Of a stretch of 64,000 nucleotides of DNA, positions 1 through 6,910 are shown one piece after another; the stretch's first letter is position 1; every line of letters begins with the position of its first letter. The stretch covers positions 58,340 through 122,339 of the forward strand of contig JAGMBO010000008.1 in the NCBI GenBank assembly GCA_023129715.1, given 5' to 3'. The notes under the pieces are model-generated. The model was not told the origin of the DNA. It ran no database searches and worked only from the letters and a program-made list of their open reading frames with translations. Origin of the DNA: Candidatus Eiseniibacteriota bacterium. Its GTDB lineage: Bacteria; Eisenbacteria; RBG-16-71-46; CAIMUX01; WJJG01. The translations under genes and the position numbers were made by a program.

Positions 1-384
1 ACCGAATACATGCAGCGGGGGCAGCGCATCGAGGGACTGGGCCATCGCGTCCACACTCAGGATCCCCGCCGGAATGTGTTATGGTCGATGGCGGAGCGCT
101 GGGGGGTCGCAGGGCCGTGCACGGCGGTTTCAAAGATTGTCGGGGACATTTTCGAGAAGGTCCGTGGGATGTCCCTACCCATCAACGTCGACGGTGTGAT
201 CGGTGCCATCGTGGCCGACATGGGCCTGCGGACCGACTTGGCCAAGGCGCTGTTCGTCTACGGCCGGGTCGCCGGCCTCTCGGCACACTACTTCGAGGAG
301 GTAGCTAGCCAACCGCAGATGCGTCGGATCAACTTCGCGGAGGCTGTCTACAAGGGAAAAGCGGCGCGGAGCTTCCCGGACTAG
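1..384 (+). CDS. citrate synthase family protein, C-terminal fragment (5' end lies outside window)
   Basis: ORF 10..384 stays in frame back to position 1. GHRVHTQDPR resembles the citrate synthase GHRVY..DPR signature. Stop TAG at 382-384. Confidence 0.5.
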   Translation, partial: TEYMQRGQRIEGLGHRVHTQDPRRNVLWSMAERWGVAGPCTAVSKIVGDIFEKVRGMSLPINVDGVIGAIVADMGLRTDLAKALFVYGRVAGLSAHYFEEVASQPQMRRINFAEAVYKGKAARSFPD

Positions 385-398
385 GAGGTTGTTGAGGT

Positions 399-3002
399 AT
401 GAGCCCACAAGGAGTCAAAGAGGATGTCTGGATTCCCACGTCGTGTGGGGGTTGCTACGCCCAGTGCGGAATCCTGGCCCATCGGGTCGACGGAGTGCTC
501 GTCGACCTGACGGGGAACCCGGAGACGCCGGCCGGCAGTGGGAGGATCTGTGGAAAGGGGGTTGCCCAATTGCACACCCTCTATGATCGGCACCGGATCA
601 ACTATCCGGTCAAGCGGACCAACCCGGAGAAGGGCGTGCATGCCGACCCGAAGTGGCAGCGCATCTCCTGGGACGAGGCGCTGGACACGATCGTCTCCAA
701 GTTCAAGAACATGAAGGACCGGCGGGGCTGCTACTTCCAGGCGACCACGGTGCAGACCAGTGAAATCCGCTTCGCCATCCCCGCCTTCATGCGCTCCTTC
801 GGGTTCAAGAACTACTGGGTCTCCGGCGGTGGCCTCTGGTGCGGCAATGGCGCCCACTTCATGAACGGCATCACGCATGCGGCCTGGTCGATCATCCCCG
901 ACTGGACCTACAACAACTACACCCTCTACTTCGGCTGCTCGAAGGGGCATGGTGCCGGCCACGCGGCCCTGCAGAGCTCGCAATGGGTGGCGGATGCCCG
1001 CGCGCGCGGCATGAAGGCGGTGGTCTTTGACCCCTTCCTCTCGACCCAAGCCTCCAAGGCCCACGAGTGGGTGCCGATCCGAGTGGGCACCGACGCGGCC
1101 GCAGCCCTCGGAATGCTCAACGTCATCCTGAACGAGATCGGACAGTGGGATGAGGAGTACCTGAAGCTCAAGACGAATGCCCCGTACCTGATCGGGCCCG
1201 ATGAGCACTATGTCCGCGACCGGGACACCGGCAAGCCGCTCGTCTGGGATGCAGGCGCCGGGAGGCCTAAGACGTTCGACGACGCGTCGATCCAAGACTA
1301 TGCCCTGCTCGGCGAGTTCGAGGCCCAGGGGGTCAAGTGCCAGCCCTCGTTCGCGCTCTTGCGGGAGCATGTGAAGAAGTATTCGCTGGAGAGGGTCGAG
1401 GAGATCACGAGCGTTCCCGCCTCGACGCTGCGGCGCGTGGCGCACGAGTTCGTCGAGCATGCCCAGATCGGCAGCAGCGTCAAGATCGACGGCCAGACGC
1501 TGCCGCTGCGCCCGTCGGCGGCGATCTTCTTCCGCGGCAGCCAGGGACATGTCAACTCGGGCTGGAACTGCCTGGCGATTGACTTGCTCAATCAGGTTGT
1601 CGGGGCCGCCGACGTCCCCGGCGGCGCGATGGGGCATGGCCCTCCAGTTTGCCACGGCCATCCGGACACCGGCAAGCCGGAGACGATCCCCTATACCTGT
1701 AAGGATGGGTTGATGATCGTGAAGGGGTGGGTCTACGACCACAAACCCTACCCCCTGCGCGAGCCGAAGCCCCCGACCCGGCTCGATTTGCAGGACATGT
1801 TCCCCTGCTCGGTCTACAACGCATTCACGATCATGTCGCCCGACTGGGAGAAGTACCTCGAGGACTTCAAGATCGACTACCGGCCAGAGATCATGATCAA
1901 CTTCGGCTCCAACTCCGTGATGACGATGGGCAACGCCGAGGATGTCACCGAGAACTTCCTGAAGAAGTTCGGTTTCGTCTTCTCGTTCAACATCTATCAG
2001 AATGAGTTCACCGAGGCGGTCGCGGACATCGTGCTGCCCGACTGCTCATTCCTCGAGCGCTATACACCCTGTGTTACCTTCCCCTCGACGTTCTGCCATC
2101 CTACGGGCATGGACCACTGGGTTTGGCAGATCCGGCAGCCCGTCGTCGATCCGCTCTTCGAGCGGCGCGACTTCAACGAGGTCATGCTCGAGCTGGCCAA
2201 GCGCCTTGGAATCCAGGAGAAGTACTACGCCGAGACCAACAAGTTGATCCCGGTCCGCTACGGCGGGGAGATGAGCCCCGAGTATGCGCTGGATCCGAAG
2301 GGGGACTACAGTTGGCAGGACATCTGCGACCGCGTGCTCAAGGATCGCCTGGGTCCGGACAAGGGACTCGAGGCGCTCAAGCAGACCGGCCTCGAGAAGT
2401 GGCCGACCAAGGTCGAGGAGATGTACTGGCGCTGGTTCGTTTCGGTTCGGATCCCGATCTACTTCGAGTTCTTCAAGGAGTCCGGTGAGAAAGCCAGGAA
2501 GTTGTGCGCTTCCTTCGGACGGGAGAACATCCAGGACTGGAGCTTCTATAGGCCGTTGGCGGAGTGGTTCCCCTGTCCCTCGCACGAAGAGACCGATCCC
2601 GACTTCGATCTCACCGCCTTCTCTTGGAGGCCGTCTTTCCATACGCAGTCCTCGACACAGAACAACCCGTGGCTGGATGAGATCTCGGTCAACGACCCCT
2701 ACGTCTATCTGATCCAGCTCAATGAGGACACCGGGAAGGCGAAGGGCCTGAAGGATGGTGATGACATCTGGGTCGAGAACAAGCTCGGTCGCCGGATCAA
2801 GGGGCCGGTGCGGCTGGTTCAGGGCATGCACCCCGATCAGCTGGGGATTGCCGGCTGCCACGGCCACTGGGCACGCGGAACCCCGATATCCCGGGACAAG
2901 GGGCAGTTCTTCGATGACCTGGTCATCGTCGATGAGAAGCACACCGACTCGCTCACGCAAGGCACCGATGCCTGTGTTCGGGTGAAGATCTACAAGGCCT
3001 AG
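399..3002 (+). CDS. molybdopterin oxidoreductase catalytic subunit (complex iron-sulfur molybdoenzyme, PsrA/PhsA/SoeA-like)
   Basis: 867 aa. N-terminal CGGCYAQCG...RICGKG 4Fe-4S cysteine cluster typical of bis-MGD enzymes. RBS ggaggt 8 nt upstream. No twin-arginine motif in the first 15 residues. Confidence 0.8.
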   Translation: MSPQGVKEDVWIPTSCGGCYAQCGILAHRVDGVLVDLTGNPETPAGSGRICGKGVAQLHTLYDRHRINYPVKRTNPEKGVHADPKWQRISWDEALDTIVSKFKNMKDRRGCYFQATTVQTSEIRFAIPAFMRSFGFKNYWVSGGGLWCGNGAHFMNGITHAAWSIIPDWTYNNYTLYFGCSKGHGAGHAALQSSQWVADARARGMKAVVFDPFLSTQASKAHEWVPIRVGTDAAAALGMLNVILNEIGQWDEEYLKLKTNAPYLIGPDEHYVRDRDTGKPLVWDAGAGRPKTFDDASIQDYALLGEFEAQGVKCQPSFALLREHVKKYSLERVEEITSVPASTLRRVAHEFVEHAQIGSSVKIDGQTLPLRPSAAIFFRGSQGHVNSGWNCLAIDLLNQVVGAADVPGGAMGHGPPVCHGHPDTGKPETIPYTCKDGLMIVKGWVYDHKPYPLREPKPPTRLDLQDMFPCSVYNAFTIMSPDWEKYLEDFKIDYRPEIMINFGSNSVMTMGNAEDVTENFLKKFGFVFSFNIYQNEFTEAVADIVLPDCSFLERYTPCVTFPSTFCHPTGMDHWVWQIRQPVVDPLFERRDFNEVMLELAKRLGIQEKYYAETNKLIPVRYGGEMSPEYALDPKGDYSWQDICDRVLKDRLGPDKGLEALKQTGLEKWPTKVEEMYWRWFVSVRIPIYFEFFKESGEKARKLCASFGRENIQDWSFYRPLAEWFPCPSHEETDPDFDLTAFSWRPSFHTQSSTQNNPWLDEISVNDPYVYLIQLNEDTGKAKGLKDGDDIWVENKLGRRIKGPVRLVQGMHPDQLGIAGCHGHWARGTPISRDKGQFFDDLVIVDEKHTDSLTQGTDACVRVKIYKA

Positions 3003-3009
3003 GGAGGAG

Positions 3010-3648
3010 GTGATCGAGGTGGCACGCTACGGATTCGTCATTGATCTGAAGAGATGCTACGGGTGCTACACCTGCCAGGTAGTCTGCAAGGCCGCCAATC
3101 ACACCCCGAAGGGCATCGACTGGGCACGGTGTGTGCAGGCGGAGACGGGGAGCTTCCCGTCCACCCTGCGGCAGATGCTGCCGATGGTCTGCATGCAATG
3201 CGCCGAGCCTGCCTGTCTGGAGGTCTGTCCGACCGGGGCGACCCAGCAAGATGAGAATGGGATCGTTACGGTGGACCAGGACCTCTGCATGGGCTGCAAG
3301 TACTGCATGATGGCCTGTCCCTACGGATCGCGGCAGGTGGTCGATGCGTGGGAGACCTACTTCCCGGATGCGGAGGGCGCGCTCGACCCGTACGAGGCCT
3401 ATGCACGCAAGAAGTGGGATGAGAAGTACGGCAGCGGTGTCGCCACGAAGTGCGACTACTGCATGGACCGGGTGAAGCAGGGGTTGCAGCCAGCCTGTGT
3501 CGAGGCCTGCCCGTCGAAGGCTCGCACCTTCGGCGACCTGGATGACCCGGAGAGCGAGATTTCGATCCTGATTAGGCGCGAGGGTGGATTCCAGCTCAAT
3601 CCGGAGTTTGGAACGGATCCCTCCTGTTACTACCTGCCGGTGAGGTGA
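3010..3648 (+). CDS. 4Fe-4S ferredoxin-type electron-transfer subunit (PsrB/DmsB/NrfC-like)
   Basis: 212 aa with four Cys clusters (CYGCYTCQVVC, CMQCAEPACLEVCP, CMGCKYCMMACP, CDYCMDRV..ACVEACP). Immediately follows the catalytic subunit. Confidence 0.8.
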   Translation: MIEVARYGFVIDLKRCYGCYTCQVVCKAANHTPKGIDWARCVQAETGSFPSTLRQMLPMVCMQCAEPACLEVCPTGATQQDENGIVTVDQDLCMGCKYCMMACPYGSRQVVDAWETYFPDAEGALDPYEAYARKKWDEKYGSGVATKCDYCMDRVKQGLQPACVEACPSKARTFGDLDDPESEISILIRREGGFQLNPEFGTDPSCYYLPVR

Positions 3649-3654
3649 GAGACC

Positions 3655-4566
3655 ATGTTGATTCTAAAGGCACAGACCAAGTGGCGTTGGATCATTGCGG
3701 GCTACCTCTTCCTCGCCGGTCTCGGGGCCGGCGCCTACATCACCGGCGTCGTGGCCGGCTTCCTCGGGGACGAGTGGGCCCAACTGTCGAAGATCGGCGT
3801 GGCGCTCGGGTTTCCCTGTGTAGCGGTGGGGTGCGGCCTATTGATCTTCGACCTGGGGAGGCCGCTCAACTTCTGGCGGGCGGCAATGCGCCCGAACACG
3901 TCCTGGATGGCGCGAGGAACGATCATCATCTCGACGTTCATGGTGCTCGGCGCGATTCACATCGCGTTCTGGATCTGGCCCTTCGGGGGGCTTTCCGCCG
4001 GGGCACGCGCGGTGATCGGGATGCTGGGGATCGTTTTCGCCTTCAGCACGATGGTCTACACCGGCATCCTGCTGGGCGCCGCCAGACCGATCGCATTCTG
4101 GAGCACGGCCCTGCTGCCGGTGCTTTTCTTCATCTCCGCGGCGTCGACCGGTGTGATGGCCGTCATTCTGACGGCTTCCCTGATGGGCGTGCCGCATAGC
4201 GGGGCGATTACCACCTTGGCGCGCGCCGACATTATTCTGCTCATCCTCGAGGTGTTCGCCGTCGCGATGTACTTCCAGGCGACCCACCGCGTGCCGGAAG
4301 GCCGGGAATCGGCACGCCTGGTTCTCCGGGGACAGGTGGCACCGCTGTTCTGGCTGGGGTTCGCGCTGCTCGGGCTGGTGATCCCGCTCGCGCTCGAAGT
4401 CGTCGGCGTCTTCGCGCTCCACGACGGAGGGGCAGCCACGGCGGCGATCGTCGCATCGATCAGCGGGATCATCGGCGGCCTGATCCTGCGGCAGGTCGTC
4501 CTGTCCGGTGGGATCCACGCACCACTCAGGGCCGGGCGATTCGAGTTCGGTCTGCCGATTATCTAG
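3655..4566 (+). CDS. NrfD/PsrC-type polytopic membrane anchor subunit
   Basis: 303 aa, hydrophobic throughout (~8 predicted TM segments). Third gene of a CISM operon, with 4-8 nt intergenic gaps. Confidence 0.7.
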   Translation: MLILKAQTKWRWIIAGYLFLAGLGAGAYITGVVAGFLGDEWAQLSKIGVALGFPCVAVGCGLLIFDLGRPLNFWRAAMRPNTSWMARGTIIISTFMVLGAIHIAFWIWPFGGLSAGARAVIGMLGIVFAFSTMVYTGILLGAARPIAFWSTALLPVLFFISAASTGVMAVILTASLMGVPHSGAITTLARADIILLILEVFAVAMYFQATHRVPEGRESARLVLRGQVAPLFWLGFALLGLVIPLALEVVGVFALHDGGAATAAIVASISGIIGGLILRQVVLSGGIHAPLRAGRFEFGLPII

Positions 4567-4705
4567 GTTCACCCGGATCGCAGACTGGAGGCCGCCGGCG
4601 ATCGTCGGCTTCCCCGCCGCCCCGGCGGCGCCCCGCGCCGGTGGGAGCTGCGTGCCCGCAGGGGTTGCAGCACGAGATCGGTCATGTACGCCGTGCAGCC
4701 CGGAT

Positions 4706-6643
4706 TCAGTGGGAATGGCCTCGCCGCGGGGGGGGCGGATCAGCGGTTGTCTCGAAGGGAGCCGTCCTCCGGCGGCCGCGGGGTGTGCCGGGGACGGTGG
4801 CGCTCAGATCGAGGGTCACGTGGTGGCACCCATCTTCGAAGGTGGATTCCATCGGGACGCTCGCCCGGCGGAAGACCCGCAGCATCGCCTGGTTCTCCCG
4901 CAAGACCATAGCGAACACTCGCCGGATGCCCCGATCCTGCGCCATCGAGATCAGCGTCTTGAGAAGACAGGTCGCAATGCCCTGGCAGCGAAAGGAACTC
5001 GCCGTGGTAAACGCAACCTCGGCCTGGTCAGTCAGTGAGTCGTAGAGGTACTGTCCGATGGCCAGGACCTCCTCCTCCCCACCGCGGTCGCCAAGGCGGA
5101 TACCGAGAATCGTGACCGTGCCCTCGTAGTCCACGTTGACGAAGCTCTGCACGCGGTCGTGGTGCAGCGACTCCAGTTTGCCATGGAAGCGGTAGCGGAT
5201 GCTCGCCTCGTCCATTCCGTAGAGGAACGACTGGACCTTCCGCTCGTCTGTCGGGCGGGCGGGGCGCACGAGGATCGGAGTTCCGTCGGCCGTCGTAGAC
5301 CGAGACTCCACGTAGTCGGGATAGGCGATGTGTTCCTGGAGCATCTGGTCGGCATGGACGTAGTTCCTCGCTCGGGCGGCATACATCAGCTCGTCCCGGA
5401 ACTTCGGGTGGGCGACATGAATCAGTGCCAGTGCCCGTTCCCGGATCGTCCTCCCGACCAACTCCGCAATGCCATATTCCGTAATCACGTAGTGGATATC
5501 GTCCCGATTCGTCGCCATCGCGATCCCGTACTTCTGATCGAAATCCATGACGATATTCGACTCGGCCTCATCAGGCGTAGCCGAGGGCAGGGTGACGATC
5601 GAGCGGCCCTCGCGGGCGTGACTGGCCCCGATCATGAAACTGCTGCCGAATCGGGGACCCACGTAGCGCATGCAAACGGATCCGGTCAGGTCCACCTGGC
5701 CCACCTCGTTGATCGCGACCATCCGGTCGTGCCGCGCCACGATGAAGGGGTCATTCACATACTCGGCGGGATGGAACTCGATCTCACAGTTGTCGGCTAC
5801 GTATTCGTAGGTCTCCCGGGACCCAAAACACAAGCTCGTGATGATCTTCCCGGCATTGATGGTCTTGCAGGCATTCGTGATCACTCCCTGCTTCGCAAGC
5901 TCGATCAGCGGAGGCGTGAGGATATCCGTATGGACTCCCAGGTCGTTGCGCCGACGCAGGTACTTGGATAGGGCATATGTCACGGGCGTATAGCCCACAT
6001 GAATCGTCGCGCCATCACCGATCAGGCGACTGCAGTGGCGCGCAATCTCATCGGAGACACGGTCGACCTCACGGGCGGGGGCCTCGAGCAAAAGATTCGT
6101 CGAGAGAACGAAGGCATCGATCTGCTCGACATGCAGCCGCGTATCCCCGCACGTCCGCGGCATGTTCGGATTGACTTCAGCAATGACACAGTCGGCGCAT
6201 TCGGCAGCTGTCTTGCTGATCCCCACCGTGATCCCCATGCTCACGTAGCCCCCATCGTCGGGCGGAGATACTTGGATCAGGGACACGTCGAGCAGCAGGC
6301 GTCGGTCTCTTAGGAGGCGGCAGATCTGGTACTTGTTCGTCGGTGTGAAGTCCGCCCGGCCTTCACGGACGGCTCCGGCAACATCGGAGCCGACGAAGAA
6401 CGCATTGTGACGGAATCGATTCTCGTACTTCGAGCTAGTATAGGGCGCCAGCCCGATCGTCATCAGGTGGATGAGCTCGATGTCGGCGATCTTGCTGCCG
6501 AGGTGGACGAGTTCGTCGATGAGGAGCTGGGGCCGGCCGCACCCCCCAGCCATGAAGACTCGCGAGCCGGAGCGGATCGCGCTCAGCGCCTGGCGCGAAT
6601 CCATTGTGCGGGCTTCGTAGAGGGATCGCCAGTCGTCGGGCAT
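4706..6643 (-). CDS. acetyl-CoA hydrolase/transferase family protein fused to a C-terminal GNAT acetyltransferase domain
   Basis: 645 aa. The N-terminal ~480 aa match the 4-hydroxybutyrate/acetyl-CoA hydrolase-transferase fold (SGSRVFMAGGCGRPQ...). The C-terminal ~150 aa have a GNAT-like core (RCQGIATCLLKTLISMAQDRGIRRVF). Confidence 0.65.
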   Translation of the reverse strand: MPDDWRSLYEARTMDSRQALSAIRSGSRVFMAGGCGRPQLLIDELVHLGSKIADIELIHLMTIGLAPYTSSKYENRFRHNAFFVGSDVAGAVREGRADFTPTNKYQICRLLRDRRLLLDVSLIQVSPPDDGGYVSMGITVGISKTAAECADCVIAEVNPNMPRTCGDTRLHVEQIDAFVLSTNLLLEAPAREVDRVSDEIARHCSRLIGDGATIHVGYTPVTYALSKYLRRRNDLGVHTDILTPPLIELAKQGVITNACKTINAGKIITSLCFGSRETYEYVADNCEIEFHPAEYVNDPFIVARHDRMVAINEVGQVDLTGSVCMRYVGPRFGSSFMIGASHAREGRSIVTLPSATPDEAESNIVMDFDQKYGIAMATNRDDIHYVITEYGIAELVGRTIRERALALIHVAHPKFRDELMYAARARNYVHADQMLQEHIAYPDYVESRSTTADGTPILVRPARPTDERKVQSFLYGMDEASIRYRFHGKLESLHHDRVQSFVNVDYEGTVTILGIRLGDRGGEEEVLAIGQYLYDSLTDQAEVAFTTASSFRCQGIATCLLKTLISMAQDRGIRRVFAMVLRENQAMLRVFRRASVPMESTFEDGCHHVTLDLSATVPGTPRGRRRTAPFETTADPPPPRRGHSH

Positions 6644-6676
6644 CCCGTCGCGCCTCCTGGAGGGCCCGCCCTCCTA

Positions 6677-6692
6677 CCCCCCCCCGGGGGGG
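6677..6692. repeat. C9G7 homopolymer palindrome
   Basis: cccccccccggggggg in the 3' region between the GATase-like gene and the CoA-transferase promoter. Confidence 0.5.
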
Positions 6693-6796
6693 TCGCAGAG
6701 CGGACGGTTGCGCATGGTTCCCTCGCGCTGCGGCAAGGTGCAACAGAATTAGATCAACTAATACTGATTATCGCCCATCAGCATCATGCTGCGCAA

Positions 6797-6858
6797 GGGT
6801 CGACCGCCCCGGGTCGACTGCCCCGCCTGTTGCTGCCCGCCTATGGTCGACTGGCCCG
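6797..6858. promoter_or_regulatory. three direct repeats containing palindromic GTCGAC in the upstream region of the CoA-transferase/GNAT gene
   Basis: gggtcgaccgcccc / gggtcgactgcccc / tggtcgactggccc, located 150-215 nt upstream of the minus-strand start at 6643. Confidence 0.35.
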
Positions 6859-6910
6859 CACCCCCGCGCCCAGGCACCGAGTGCCCTGTGGGCCTCTTGC
6901 TCGTTGCTCA

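Noticed and set aside
4615-4630. GC hairpin cgccgc-cccg-gcggcg between convergent genes 3655..4566 and 4706..6643 as an intrinsic terminator
   Set aside because: The stem is only 6 bp, has no downstream U-tract, and lies in very GC-rich DNA where such palindromes occur by chance.
5159-5971. Many long ORFs on the opposite strand or in alternative frames of annotated genes (e.g. 5159..5971+, 7115..8347+, 8360..9793+, 14487..15167+, 25114..25860+, 35432..36520-, 36674..38401-, 45219..47201-)
   Set aside because: These are typical shadow ORFs of a ~68% GC sequence. They are Arg/Ala/Gly/Pro-rich, lack domain signatures and overlap well-supported genes.
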